A stretch of 64,000 nucleotides of DNA from an uncultured Nitrososphaerota archaeon (lineage in GTDB: Archaea; Thermoproteota; Nitrososphaeria; Nitrososphaerales; Gagatemarchaeaceae): NCBI GenBank assembly GCA_963718895.1, contig CAVRAG010000007.1, positions 288,001 to 352,000 of the forward strand, in the 5' to 3' direction. The translations under genes and the position numbers were made by a program. Below the pieces are notes generated by a model. It was not told where the DNA came from. It saw only the letters and a program-made list of their open reading frames with translations, and did not search any database. Shown here in pieces: positions 38,635 through 50,655 of this stretch (position 1 is the first letter of the stretch; every line of letters starts with the position of its first letter).

Positions 38635-39869
38635 CTGTCTGCTCGAGGTCGGGACCGCCCTGCTGATGCGTCCTGTCCGCCAGGACGTCAGCGAGGGGCC
38701 GCAGCTCGACCGCTCCGTCCCTGAACGTTGCCATCGAGCCCATCGAGATGCACTTCGTAGCCAGCTCGTCGAAGCCGAAACGTCGGGATGACTCGTCGAC
38801 GTCCTCGATCTTCATCCTCGTCCTCGGGTGCCTGGAGACTATGGAACAGCAGTCCTTGTAGTAGAGAATCGATGTCTCGTAGGTCCCGACCTGCCTCGCC
38901 AGCTGGATTATCTCGTCTTTGTCATAGCCCAGAAGAGGGCGGAGCGTCGGGAGGGACCCACCGCTGTCGATGCAGGCGATGTTCTGGAGGGTCTGGGAGG
39001 CGACCTGGGCGAGGTTGTCTCCGGTCGAGATCGCCGGGAACTCGAGGCGCTTTGCGAGGCGTTCTGCCACGATCCGTCATGAACCTCCTGAAGACTGTCG
39101 GTTCGAATTCGGGCGGGAGGTCGGTCGTCGCGAGCTGGTAGGGGCTGAACGGCACGAGGATGAGGCGGGACTCCTCGCCCGTCTGGGACAGCCTTCGGAC
39201 GAGTTCCGCTATCTTGCTCTGGAGAATCGGCTCGGGTCCGGGGGCAACGTAGAAGTGGAGATAGACCGGCCTGCACCCGCGCTTCATCATGAGCCATGCT
39301 GCGACCGGCGAATCGATCCCCCCCGAGAGGAGGTGCAGGACGCGCCCGCTCACCCCGACCGGCAGGCCGCCCGGACCCTTCAGGCGTTCCGTGTAGACCA
39401 GCGCCTCTTCCGATATTATGTCCACGGAGAGTGTGACGTCTGGGTTTGAGAGGTTCACCCCCAGACCTAGCCTCTCGATCACGTCCTCGCCCAGCTTCCT
39501 CGCCAGCTCTTGGGAGGTCATCCCAAAGGTCTTGTTCGGTCTCCTGACGCTGACCCTGAAGCTCGTCTCCTTTGGACGCCCGGCCAGGGCGCGGACCGCA
39601 GTCTCCCGTATGTCTGGGTAGGACAGGGGCGCCGTCTCGACCTGCGCAAACCAGACTATCCCGAAGACCTTCGAGAGCCGCAGCTTCGCCTCGGCGACCT
39701 TCTCATCGTCGAGGAGGACGAAGAAGCGGTTGTCGACCATCCTGACCCTCGCGCCTCCGAGGGGGCTCAGGCCGGCGAGGATGTTCCTCCGCAGGCTGCC
39801 CTCGAAGACCTGCCTGTTCCCGCCCTTGGTCCCTATCTCGCCATAGTGGACCACGATTCTGGAGGGCAA
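38618..39869 (-). CDS. thiI: tRNA 4-thiouridine synthase ThiI without rhodanese domain (frameshift near 39075)
   Basis: HYGEIGTKGGNR, THUMP, LSGGIDS PP-loop, TGDNLAQVASQT, RPLLGYDK, DCC. Confidence 0.92.
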
Positions 39870-39934
39870 AACCGGGCGCGGGGGAGGGTGCAGGTATAAA
39901 AGCTCAAGATGTCAAACGCTTCCACAGAGCCCTC

Positions 39935-40993
39935 TTGGTCAAGGAAGGTCTTGGGAAGGTCGACCGTGATTTCCTGGGGCGGGTGCTCCTGAGGAACACG
40001 GGTTCCGAGAACCGTTCGGTCCTGGTCGGTCCCGGCATGGGGCTCGACAACGCTGTGATCTCCATCGGCGGGCAGAGGGTGATGATAGTCACCGCCGACC
40101 CCCTCTCGATCATCCCATCCATCGGCATGGTCGATTCTGCCTGGTTGACCGTCCACGAGCTGGCTTCCGACCTCACGACGAGCGCGGTCTCGCCACAGTT
40201 CGCGGTCCTGGACTACAACCTGCCACCCTCGCTGACACCGGGTGACTTCGAGAGCTACGCAATCGCCGTGAGCGACGAGTGCAGGCGCCTCGGCATCTCC
40301 ATAATCGGCGGTCACACAGGGAGGTATCCCGGATCAGGCTTCTCGATCGTCGGCGGAGGCATGATGATGGCGATATCCGACGCGGAAGCGTACGTCACGC
40401 CCAAGATGGTCGAGACTGGCGATGATATCATCATGACGAAGGGGGCGGCGATCGAGGCGACCGCCGTCCTGGCTCTGGCGTTCCCAGAGACCACGGAGAG
40501 GAAGCTCGGGAGCAGGGTCGCAAGGAGGGCCGCGTCCTACCTGAGAAGGTGCTCCACGGTCGAGGATGCGCTCGTCGCAAGCTCCGTCGGGGTCAGATCC
40601 CGGGGCGTCACGGCGATGCACGACGCCACGGAGGGGGGCGTCATGGGGGGTCTCTACGAGCTCGCCCGGACGAGCGGCCGGACGTTGGACGTCGAACTCG
40701 GGAAGATCCACGTCTCCGAGGAGAGCAGGGCCGTCTGCAGCGCCTTCGGACTCGACCCGCTCATCACGGTGAGCGAGGGGACCCTCCTCGTCGCCTCCCG
40801 GCCGGAGCGCACCGGGGAGGTCCTTTCGCGGCTCGCCTCGAAGAAGATAGACGCCTACAAGGTCGGGAGGGTCGGGGCCCGGGGTGCGGGTCTCAGGGTG
40901 TCCGAGGGCGGGCCGGCGAGGGTGTACACCCCACCAAGGTTCGACCCCTACTGGGAGGCCTACGCCAGAGGCGTGAAAAAGGGATGGAAATAG
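39935..40993 (+). CDS. AIR synthase-like (PurM/HypE/ThiL superfamily) protein
   Basis: GPGMGLDNA, ADP, GGHT, AMHDATEGG, SEGTLL. Confidence 0.85.
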   Translation: MVKEGLGKVDRDFLGRVLLRNTGSENRSVLVGPGMGLDNAVISIGGQRVMIVTADPLSIIPSIGMVDSAWLTVHELASDLTTSAVSPQFAVLDYNLPPSLTPGDFESYAIAVSDECRRLGISIIGGHTGRYPGSGFSIVGGGMMMAISDAEAYVTPKMVETGDDIIMTKGAAIEATAVLALAFPETTERKLGSRVARRAASYLRRCSTVEDALVASSVGVRSRGVTAMHDATEGGVMGGLYELARTSGRTLDVELGKIHVSEESRAVCSAFGLDPLITVSEGTLLVASRPERTGEVLSRLASKKIDAYKVGRVGARGAGLRVSEGGPARVYTPPRFDPYWEAYARGVKKGWK

Positions 40994-41036
40994 GGCCCAA
41001 AAATTGTTTTTGAGGTGGATTGAAGCGGGTTCGGCC

Positions 41037-43543
41037 ATGAAGGGGAGGAAGTCTTTCCACGTCCCGGGGGCCCGGAGGCACTACATGCCCGACCGCGAGT
41101 TCCAGACAGACCACATCAAGGTCGAGATCAAGGTCGACCCGGAGAAGAAGAGCATCGAGGGCAGCTGCTACCTCAAGATCACCCCTCTGAGGAATGATCT
41201 CGCGGCAATCCACCTCGACGCGGTGGAGATGAGGGTCTCCAGGGTTCAGCTCGACGGCGCGAAGGCCCGATTCGACCACGATGGCGAGAGGCTCACCATA
41301 AGGGCCGGAACGCCCCTGAGCACGACAGCGCATCTGGTGGCCGTCGACTACTCGGCCAATCCGACCCACGGCGCCTACTTCGTCCACCCGGACGACAAGT
41401 ACCCCGACAAGCCCGTCCAGGTCTGGACCCAGTGCGAGGCCGAGGCGGCGAGATACTGGTATCCCTGCTACGACCATCCGAACGACAAGTCGGCCTCGGA
41501 GACGGTGATAACGGTGCCAGAAGGGTTCGAGGTCATCTCGAACGGAAGACTCGTCTCCCAGACCGCATCGGAGGGATGGACGACCTACCACTGGCACGAG
41601 AGTGCGCCGCACTCGGCCTACCTCAACTCGTTCGTGGTCGGGAAGTTCGTCCGGGTAGACGACAAGGCGGGGAGGGTGCCGCTGCAGTACTACGCCCCGG
41701 AGCAGAAGCAGGCCGACATCATGCGCTACTTCGGTCAGACGCCCGACATGATGAGGACCTTCGTAGAGATCACAGGAATCGAGTACCCCTACGAGAAGTA
41801 CGCGCAGGTGGCGGTCCACGACTTCATCTACGGCGGGATGGAGAACATCAGCGCCACGACCCTCGTCGACACCCGGTTCCCCGACGAGCGGTCGGAGGAG
41901 GACTACTCGTCGAGGTATTCGCGTCCCGACAAGAACCACATCGAGCTGGTCGCCCACGAGCTGGCGCACATGTGGTTCGGTGACCTCGTGACCATGAGGC
42001 ACTGGTCCCACTCCTGGCTCAACGAGGGCTTCGCCACCTACATGGAGGCGCTCTACCACGAGAGACGGTACGGCCTCGACGAGTTCGGGCAGAACATGGA
42101 CTTCAAGGCCCGCTCGTACTTCGAAGAGGACGAGGGTCGGTACCGGAGGGCCATAGTGGAGAACGACTACGTCTACGCCGACGACGTCTTCGACGCGTGC
42201 ACCTACGAGAAGGGCGCCTGGATGATCCACCAGCTCAGGGGGATACTCGGGGACGAGCGCTTCTTCACGGGGACGAGGGAGTACCTGAAGAGGTTCGCCT
42301 ACGGGAACGCCGAGACCAACGACTATCAGGCGGGCGATGGAGGAAGCCAGCGGGGTCTCCCTCGAGCGCTACTTCGAGCAGTCGTTCTACAGGGCGGGGC
42401 ACCCCGAGTTCGAGGTCGAGTACGCATGGGACCAGAGCAGAAGTACGGCGGAGGTCGCGGTTGCTCAGGTCCAGCAGACAGACGACCTCACCCCGCTCTT
42501 CGAGCTCCCCGTGGACCTGGTCTTCTACACTGCCAGAGGGAGGCAGGTCAGGAGGGTCATCGTGCGGGGGCAGAGCGAGCGCTATCACTTCGAGCTCGAC
42601 TCGGAGCCGAAGATAGTGGAGTTCGACCCCGAAGGCTGGGTCCTGAAGAAGCTCAAGTTCAAGAAGAGCTACGCTCTCCTGAGCAACCAGCTCCTGTCGA
42701 GCGTGGACATGCTCAGCAGGAAGAGTGCCGCGGAGGAGCTGGCCTCCTTCAAGAACGCGGAGACCTTGGGGATGCTCAGGGAGGCCGCGACGAGAGACCA
42801 GTACTGGTCCGTGAGGGCCCAGGCGATTAGATCGATCGGTAAGATAGGAGGACGGGAGGCCCTCGACGCGGTCCTCGAACTCTCCCGCGCCGGAGCCCCG
42901 GAGGGTCAGGAGGGCCGCGATCGCCGCGCTATCGGAGTTCAAGGGCGAGGAGAGGGTCCACGAGGCGCTCAAGGGTGCGCTCTTCGGCGACGAAAGCCCC
43001 TTCAACCAGTGCGAGGCGGCTCTCTCCATCGGCAAGATCGGGGCCAAGGACGCCTTCCAGCTTCTGACCGAGGCGATGAAGATCGAGTCCCCGGAGCACG
43101 GCCTCGCCGAGGCCTCGCTCGAGGCCCTGGGATTCGTCAAGGGTCGGGAAGCAAGAGAGACCATAAGGGCGCACATCCTGTACGGGCAACCGCTCCGCGA
43201 GAGGATAGGATCGCTCAAGGGTTACGAAAAGCTGGGATCTCTGGAGGTCGAGGACCTGGAGGTGCTGAAAGAGATCGCCGTCAAGGACCCCGACTTCGCG
43301 GTGAGGGACCAACTCCTCGAGCTGGTTGCCAACCTCGGGGAGAGGAGGTTCATCGAGACCCTGAAGAAGGTCGCGGACGAGGATGGCGACAACCGCAACA
43401 GGAGGAGGGCTCTCGAGATTCTCGAAGACTTCGCATTCGGGGACTCCGGGAAGGACCTGGCGGGGCTCCGAGACGAGGTGGAGGGGTTGAAGAGGGAGGG
43501 AAGGGAGCTCAGAGACACGCTCTCCAGGGTCGAGCGGGTCTGA
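41037..43543 (+). CDS. pepN: M1 aminopeptidase with HEAT repeats and a C-terminal coiled coil (two frameshifts)
   Basis: GGMEN, HELAHMWFGD..WLNEGFA, YEKG; HEAT-like repeats; tail LRDEVEGLKREGRELRDTL. Confidence 0.9.
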
Positions 43544-43547
43544 GGAG

Positions 43548-44207
43548 CTAGACCAGGTCAAGGAGGCCGGAAAGCGAGCTCAATATGTAGTCGCTCCCCT
43601 CGCTGAGGAGCCTCTCGTGGGTGTACCTCCCGGTCGTGACCGATGCGACCCTGACGCCAGCGCCCTTGGCGGCCTTCACGTCGATGATGCTGTCACCGAC
43701 GTAGACCACTTCGCTCTTTGGGAGCTGCATCAGGTCGACGGCCTCGAGCAGGCCGTCCGGGCTCGGTTTCAAGGCGCTCACGTCGTCCCTGGTGAGCGTG
43801 AAGTCAAAGCGCCTCAGGAGGTCGTGCCTCTTCAGGAGCCACTCCGAGGGCGTCCTCCCGCTGTTGGTCAGAGTCGCCAGCTTCACGTTCGCGGACCTGA
43901 GGCGGTCGAGGACCTCGCCGGTTCCCTGTATGGGTTCAGCCCTGGCGTTCCAGTCCATCTCGACCTCATCCAGCGCCGCGAAGAGCGCTGCCCGGAAGGA
44001 CTCGAAGTCTATTCTGACCGATCCGCTCTCCACCTGTTTCCTCGCCCAGTCGATTATCTCCTGGGTGTGTAGATTCGTTCCGTCCATGAAGGACACGTCG
44101 AATCCGACCTTGACGAGTTCCCGCGCCGTCGTCGATCGGAGCTTCTCCACGTCGACCTTGAGGCTGACCAAGGTTCCATCGACGTCGAAGATCAGGCCTC
44201 TCACCAA
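43548..44207 (-). CDS. HAD-family phosphatase (Gph-like)
   Basis: FDVDGTL, KPSP, VGDSIID. Confidence 0.88.
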   Translation of the reverse strand: MVRGLIFDVDGTLVSLKVDVEKLRSTTARELVKVGFDVSFMDGTNLHTQEIIDWARKQVESGSVRIDFESFRAALFAALDEVEMDWNARAEPIQGTGEVLDRLRSANVKLATLTNSGRTPSEWLLKRHDLLRRFDFTLTRDDVSALKPSPDGLLEAVDLMQLPKSEVVYVGDSIIDVKAAKGAGVRVASVTTGRYTHERLLSEGSDYILSSLSGLLDLV

Positions 44208-44218
44208 AGGGCACCTCC

Positions 44219-44338
44219 TCAGATCTTGTCTTTGGCGAACAGCAGCAGGATCGCTATGCCGGCGATGCCCAGAGCCACGGCCAGTATGGCGAGTGCCTGC
44301 AAGGTCCCCGAATCGAGGTCCAGCGGGATTGGAAGCAT
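44219..44338 (-). CDS. 39-aa single-TM microprotein
   Basis: MLPIPLDLDSGTLQALAILAVALGIAGIAILLLFAKDKI; CTTAAG about 27 nt upstream; GAGGAGGTG RBS of the next gene follows. Confidence 0.6.
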   Translation of the reverse strand: MLPIPLDLDSGTLQALAILAVALGIAGIAILLLFAKDKI

Positions 44339-44432
44339 CGCTAGTACGCAGCGTTCCTGTGGCCGACTTAAGTATTTCTGATTCGTCCGCCCTCCGTGAC
44401 AGTTTTTATCTTGGCACTTCGCGGCCGGAGCA

Positions 44433-44957
44433 ATGGAGAACGCCGACCTCCCGTTGGGTACGGTCCCCGTCGAGAAGGACACGCTGCGGATCTACGGCTT
44501 CTCCTTCCAGTTCCCATCTACCTCGAAACTGGAGTTCAACCCCAAGTTCAAGAGGGAGGACGGCGACGTCGCTGTAAAGTCCCCTGACAAGGCGAACGTA
44601 TTCGTGTCCTGGGGCGACCTTGACAAGGTCATCAAGAAGGCCCCGACTATCCAGGACCACGCCAAGTTCAGCCTGGATAGGGTGAAGAAGAGCGTCCAAG
44701 GTAAGATGACGACTCTCGAGTCGAAGGACATCAAGGTGGGAGGGCACGACGCCGTCTTCAACCACGTAAAGATCGAGGTCCCTCGCAGGGGGCTCTTCGG
44801 GAAGGGCCAGCTGCAGGACGTTAGGTCGGTCCACCTGCACTGCGACGAGACCAAGAGGTTCTACGTCATCTACGCCACGTCCACCGAGCAGAACAAGGAG
44901 GTCCAGGGCCGGACGATGCAGGAGATAGTGGACTCGCTGCAGTGCCATGGATTCTGA
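44433..44957 (+). CDS. Hypothetical protein (possible Mog1p/PsbP-like fold)
   Basis: YGFSFQFP at the N-terminus; RFYVIYA...EIVDSL at the C-terminus. Confidence 0.6.
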   Translation: MENADLPLGTVPVEKDTLRIYGFSFQFPSTSKLEFNPKFKREDGDVAVKSPDKANVFVSWGDLDKVIKKAPTIQDHAKFSLDRVKKSVQGKMTTLESKDIKVGGHDAVFNHVKIEVPRRGLFGKGQLQDVRSVHLHCDETKRFYVIYATSTEQNKEVQGRTMQEIVDSLQCHGF

Positions 44958-45062
44958 ATCCCGGGCCGAAGCGGGGCGCCGAGGTGGGGCCTCGTCAACC
45001 GACGCGGAGCGGCAACCGTAGACAAACATAGAAATAACATCAACTCCCGGAAGAGGGTCTGA

Positions 45063-46499
45063 ATGATCAGGGAGAACGTCAAGGAACTTGCCCAGCTTTC
45101 CATGCGCGAGGCCCGTCGGCTGGGCGCAGACTATGCCGAGGCGCGGGTGCAGAGCAGCATAGGATCGGGGTTCATGCTGAAGAACGGAGAGCCGCAGCCC
45201 TCCATGATGGGTGACAGTTTCGGAATAGGGATCAGGGTGCTGTGCGACGGCGCTCTCGCGTTCAGCGCGACCAACATCATGGAGAGGGCCGGGGTGAGGT
45301 CCCTGACGGCGAAGACAGTGAAGATGGCCAAGGCCTCCCAGCGACTTGTGAAGAAGAAGGTCAGGCTTGACGATTCCAGGTCGGTGCGCGGGAGCTTCAG
45401 CGCCGCCGAGAAGGAGAAGGTCGAGGGGGGAGACGCTTCCTGGCTCAAGTCGATCCTCCTCGAGATGGACAAGAGGATCCAGAAGGGGAAGGGAGCCAAG
45501 ATACCCAACCGGATCCTCGCCGCGGCTTCGGGGGTCGACGAGAAGTACTACATCAACAGCGACGGGGCGGAGATCGAGAGCAGGGTCCCGAGAGTCAACT
45601 TCTTCGGAATCCTCACGGCGATCTCGGGAGGCGAGGTCGCCCAGAGGATGGTCCAGCAGGGGGAGACCGGGGGGCTGGAGGTGGTCAAGAGGCTGGACCT
45701 CATCTCCAGGGTCGAGGAGGAGGCGAGGGTCCTCCGCTCGGTGATCGAGGGCGCGACCAAGCTGGAGGCGGGAGTGATGGACGTCATACTCAGTCCCGAG
45801 CTCTCGGGGATCGCGGCCCACGAGTCGGTGGGGCACCCCCAGGAGGCGGACAGGATACTGGGGAGGGAGGGCGCCCAGGCAGGGGAGTCCTACCTGAAGA
45901 AGAGCAGCCTAGGGTATAGGATCGGGAGCAAGGAGGCGAACGTCAGCGACGACCCGAACCTCGTCCACTCGAACGGCTACTGTCCGGTGGACGACGAGGG
46001 GGTGAGGGCGACGAAGAGGCGCCTCATCGTTGACGGGGAGATCACCGAGTTCCTTCAGAACAGGAGCACGTCCGCCGAGCTCGGGGTCAGGAACAACGGT
46101 TCGGCCAGGTCGGTGGACTTCAACAGGGAGCCGATAATCAGGATGTCGAACACCTTCGTCGAGCCCGGAGACCGCACGACGGAGGAGCTGATCAAGGAGG
46201 TCAAGGACGGGATCTACCTGAAGTCCTTCACGGAGTGGAACATCGACGACAAGCGGCTGAACCAGAGGTACGTCGGGCTCGAGGCGTACAGGATCAAGAA
46301 CGGGGAGCTCGGACCGCTCGTCAAGGCGCCCGTGCTCGAGATAACGACCCCCGCGCTCTGGGGCAGCGTCAGGGCGAGGGGCAAGGAGGTGGAGTTCGAG
46401 GCGGCAACGTGCGGGAAGGGGGACCCGATGCAGGGGATCCCCGTCTGGACCGGGGGACCCGACACCCTCCTCGGCGGAGTGAGGATAGGTACGAGGTGA
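45063..46499 (+). CDS. tldD: TldD metalloprotease
   Basis: AHESVGHPQEAD, DDEG, RMSNT, CGKGDP. Confidence 0.92.
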   Translation: MIRENVKELAQLSMREARRLGADYAEARVQSSIGSGFMLKNGEPQPSMMGDSFGIGIRVLCDGALAFSATNIMERAGVRSLTAKTVKMAKASQRLVKKKVRLDDSRSVRGSFSAAEKEKVEGGDASWLKSILLEMDKRIQKGKGAKIPNRILAAASGVDEKYYINSDGAEIESRVPRVNFFGILTAISGGEVAQRMVQQGETGGLEVVKRLDLISRVEEEARVLRSVIEGATKLEAGVMDVILSPELSGIAAHESVGHPQEADRILGREGAQAGESYLKKSSLGYRIGSKEANVSDDPNLVHSNGYCPVDDEGVRATKRRLIVDGEITEFLQNRSTSAELGVRNNGSARSVDFNREPIIRMSNTFVEPGDRTTEELIKEVKDGIYLKSFTEWNIDDKRLNQRYVGLEAYRIKNGELGPLVKAPVLEITTPALWGSVRARGKEVEFEAATCGKGDPMQGIPVWTGGPDTLLGGVRIGTR

Positions 46500-46503
46500 G
46501 AGG

Positions 46504-47842
46504 ATGATACCCACCGAGCTGAACGAGCGCGGGCTGAAGGCCGCCAAGAGGCTGGGCGTCGACGAGGCGATCTTCGTATCGACGGCGGGGAGCGAACAGA
46601 TGATCCGGTTCGCCAACGACTCCCTCTCTGTCGCCAAGAAGACCGAGGAGAGCGTGGTCTCGGTCTACCTGGCGAAGGCGGGCAGGAGGATAGTGGGCGG
46701 GTCCTCGAACACCGACGAGGAGGGTCTGAGCGCCTTCGTCGAGCGGCTGTACAAGACCATGATCAACCTCTCCAAGGAGCCCGTTTACGCGGGTCTCCCG
46801 AGCAGCGCGACCAAGCTGAAGAAGGCAGGGACCTTCGACAGGCGGCTTGGCGACGCCGAGAAGGCGGTCTCGGAGTTTGCGAGCGAGGCGATCGAGTCGG
46901 CCCGCGGGGCGGGAGCGCGTCGGAGTGCGGGGGCCTCGAGGCCTCTCTGGTCTCGAGCTACCTCCTGTCGTCCAACGGGACCCAGGGGCAGGACACAACC
47001 TCGAGCATCCTCCTGAACATCAGGTCGTTCACCGAGAGGAACGCGAGCGGGCACGGCCTTTCGTGCTCCTCGAGTCTCAAGGGGTTCCGTCCTGCGGTCG
47101 CCGGGAGGAGGGCGGGAGAGGACTCGAAGAGGATGCTCAACTCCAAGAAGCCGGACGAGGGGACGTACCAGGTCCTGATGAGCCCCACGGTGGCGGCGAA
47201 CCTGATCTCGCTGGTAGGCGGCTTCGCCTCCGCCTTCTCGGTCGACTCGGGGACGTCCTACCTCGTCGAGAAGATGGGAAAGAGGGTGGGCTCGGAGTCG
47301 TTCAGCCTCACGGACCACGGCCGGATCGAAGGGGGGCTAGGAGGAAGGGTCTTCGACGACGAGGGCAGCCCACCCAGTCGACCAAGATGATCGAGGACGG
47401 CGTGCTCGTGAACTACCTGCACAACCTGACCACCGCGAAGAGGTTCAAGGTCAAGAGCACGGGGAACGCGGGCTGGATCGAGCCGGACGCCTGGAACCTG
47501 GAGGTGGCACCAGGGGACTCGGGCTACGCCGAGATGGTGAAGGAGATGAAGCGCGGGATAATACTCACGAGCAACTGGTACACCCGCTTCACGAACTACA
47601 GGACGGGGGAGTTCTCGACGGTCCCGCGGGACGGGACGTACCTGGTCGAGAACGGCCGCATCACGAAGCCGCTCAGCGGGCTCAGGATGAGCGACTCGCT
47701 CGAGAGGATCTTCTCCTCGGTGAAGCTTCTCTCGAAGGAGAGGGAGTGGGTGCAGTGGTGGGAGGTCGACACCCCGACCCTCTGCCCGTGGGTCCTGGTC
47801 GACGGGGTCAAGGTCACGAGGGCCTACGGTTCAGCACCCTGA
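46504..47842 (+). CDS. PmbA/TldE partner subunit (several frameshifts)
   Basis: IRFAN, FDDEG, TGNAG, NWYTRF, PRDG; no HExxxH; follows tldD. Confidence 0.85.
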
Positions 47843-47869
47843 CCCAGACACCCCAGGGAGAAGAAGAAC

Positions 47870-48376
47870 GTGTGGTCGAAGGTCAGGGAACAGTTCGAGG
47901 GCCAGAAGGTGAGGCTGGACGTCGCCAGGAAGATGCTGGAGTACGGGATAAGGGTCTCGGACGATGCGGGCTCTTCGTCGGGGGGCTGGAGGTCGACTAC
48001 TCGGCGCTCGCGAGGGACGTCGGCGCCGACAGGCGCGTCGTCAAGCAGACCGCGGAGCAGATCAGGAAGGACCCCTTCCTCTTCTCGGTCTTCTCCAAGA
48101 TAACGCCCGTCGGCGCCAGCCTGGTGCCAGTGGTCTCGAGGCTCGGCTACTCGGCGATAGTGATAGACGGCGACCCGAGGGCCGCAGGCATCATCTCGGA
48201 CGCGGCCGGGGCGCTCGCGAGGCACGGGATAGTCGTGAGGCAGGCGCTGGCGGACGACCCAGACATGGTCCCCGAGCGCGAAGCTCACACTGGTCGTAGA
48301 GGGCAGAATCCCCGGAGAGGTGCTAGCCGAGCTCAACTCTCTGGCGGCCGTGCGGAGCGTCACTGTGGTGAAGTAG
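47870..48376 (+). CDS. ACT-domain regulator of amino-acid metabolism (frameshifted)
   Basis: VARKMLEYG, LARDVGADRRVV HTH, GIIS...GIVVRQALADDP. Confidence 0.75.
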
Positions 48377-48921
48377 GAGCCTTCTCGAGCATCCTCGAGA
48401 AAGTCCAGCTCACGGTGTTCAGAATCTCGGTGAGGCGCTCTCCTTCGCGGTAGTTCTCGATCGTCAGCCCGCTGATCTTCCCCCCTTTCTCAGCGACGCT
48501 GAACCTCAGCTCCTTCCCCTTCTCCAGAGTCCCTCCGGAGACGAGCGCGTCGTCCTTGGCCTTCATGCCCGTAAGGATCTTGCCGAGGAGGAAGGACTTG
48601 AAAGGCGGCGTCTCCGACCTGAAGCGCGACCTCGGCCACTGGTTCCACGACAACCTTCCCCCTCGTGACCTGGGCGACGGCTATCGTCTCTCCGCCCTTG
48701 TCCCGGCGGAGCTCGCGCATCTCCGGGATCTGCACCGAGTCCTCTTTCGGACGGGGGAGGACCTCGGAAGCGGGCCTGAAGCTCGACGCCCTCAGGACCG
48801 TATCGACCATCGTCTGCGCCTCCTTCAGCTTCTCGACCTCCTCCTGGAGCTCCGCGATCCTCGAGTCTATCCAGAGCTTGAGGTCGGCAGCCCTCTTCAG
48901 CTGTTCGTCGCTGGTCGCCAT
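48360..48921 (-). CDS. Hypothetical protein (one frameshift)
   Basis: N-terminal coiled coil, SSFRPASE, TPPFKSFLLGKIL, IENY...RLTEILNTVSWTFSRM. Confidence 0.65.
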
Positions 48922-49039
48922 GGTAGCCGCGAAACTCAGCACAATCTAAAAACCTAGCGCGTCGTCACAGCTTCCCGCGGGGAGAGAGGTGCCGCCGAGG
49001 TTCAACCCCTTTAAGGCGACCGGGGGGGGAGAGACCCCG

Positions 49040-49816
49040 TTGGACAGCGGCACCCTGAAGTTTCGGGCGGAGGACGGGACTGCCGAGGCGGTCTTTGCCG
49101 ACCCCGGGGGAAGCGCGCCTCCGGTCATCGTTCTCCACGAGGTCTGGGGCATGACGCCCTTCATCGAGTCGGTCTGTGAGGAGCTGGCCGACCAGGGTTT
49201 CGCCGCCTTCGCCCCGCTGCTCTTCTGGAGGGATGGGGACCTCTTCTCTCGCGAGAACATTCGCAAAGCCATGTCCGTCGTGTGGGATCTTCCCCTCGGG
49301 GAGAGATACGATCGGCGAAACCTGGAGGTGGCGTTCGAGCGGGCGAGGGCATCCCGGGGGGTGCGACGGCTGCTCGGGACCCTGTACGACCGCTCGTATC
49401 GGTCGCTGCTCGCCGGGGACGTGGCGGCGCTGGCGCGCTCAGTCTCAGGACACAGGCGGAAGCTCGGTGTCCTCGGGTACTCCATGGGAGGGGGGCTCGC
49501 CCTTGGTCTGGCGGCCGAGCGCAGCGGAGTCGGCGCCTGCGTGACGTTCTCCGCGGAGCCGCCCCGGTCGGCTGAACTCGCGAAGGTCCGTGCGCCGATT
49601 CTTTCGTTCTACGGGAGCGACGACTCGTTCATGGCGGCGCGAGTCCCGGAGTTTGTGGCCGATGCGCTCAGATTGGGAAAGGCGCTGACGCTGTCCGTCT
49701 ATCCGTCGGCCGGCCACGAGTTCTTCGACAGCGGGAGCCCCTCGGGGTATGAGCCGGGCGCGGCTGCCGAGTCGTGGAGGTCACTGACCCGGTTCTTCAC
49801 CGACCACCTCCGATGA
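49040..49816 (+). CDS. Dienelactone hydrolase family protein
   Basis: VLHEVWG, GYSMGG, YPSAGHEF. Confidence 0.85.
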   Translation: MDSGTLKFRAEDGTAEAVFADPGGSAPPVIVLHEVWGMTPFIESVCEELADQGFAAFAPLLFWRDGDLFSRENIRKAMSVVWDLPLGERYDRRNLEVAFERARASRGVRRLLGTLYDRSYRSLLAGDVAALARSVSGHRRKLGVLGYSMGGGLALGLAAERSGVGACVTFSAEPPRSAELAKVRAPILSFYGSDDSFMAARVPEFVADALRLGKALTLSVYPSAGHEFFDSGSPSGYEPGAAAESWRSLTRFFTDHLR

Positions 49817-49885
49817 GCAGGGCTGTGTCAAATATCGTCCGTTCGGTGCCTAAGCTTTAATTCCACTAGTTGAAACTCGGAGCGA

Positions 49886-50655
49886 GTGAGCCTCCGCGTC
49901 CAGACCAGGAGGATAGCTACGGTCGCTATCTTCGCGGCGATCTACGCCGTTCTGAACCAGATTCCTGTCTCGAAGCTCATCGGGGCGAACAGCACCCTCA
50001 CCATGGCCGAGGTCTTCAGCCCGCTCGCCGGGATGATCCTGGGCCCTTCGCGGGTGGGGCGTCGGTCGTGCTCGGGACCTTCGTGGCCGCCCCGGGTCAC
50101 CCTCTGGTCTTCGACGGGCTGGACTTCATGCCCCCGCTCATGGCCGCCATGACCGCGGGCTTCGCAATCAAGAAGAAGGCGTCGTGGGCGATCGGACTGT
50201 CCCTAGCGCTTCTCCTGATCTACTCCGCCGACCCGTACTCCCTGCCGCTGATCGACGTAGGTTCGGTCCCGGTCCCGTACTACTGGCTCCAGGTCGTGGC
50301 CCTCGCAGCCTACGCCGGCGTCTGGTACTCCCGAGTGAGGGGGTTCAGGTTCGCCACCGCGGACGCCCTCGTGGTCGCGATAGTCCTCCTCTCGACGATG
50401 AACGCAGAGGTAGGGGGAGGGATAATGTACGAGAACGTCTTCGTGCTGACGGGCGTCGAGAGCGCCAAGGCCATGGTCAGCTCGTGGCCGTACTTTTTCT
50501 ACGCCTACCCCGTCGAGCGGGCGTTCTTCACGGCGGTCGGGTCCGTCCTGGCGATCCCGGTACTCAGGGGCATACCGGGTTCGACTCTGAAGATGCTGAG
50601 GGGTCCCGGCGCGGATGTCAGAGACGAGCCGCGATCGCCTGGGCCATCTCCCTAG
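49886..50655 (+). CDS. ECF S-component-like membrane protein (frameshift near 50050)
   Basis: IATVAIFAAIYAVL, PLAGMILGP, YPVER; about 6-7 TM segments. Confidence 0.6.
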
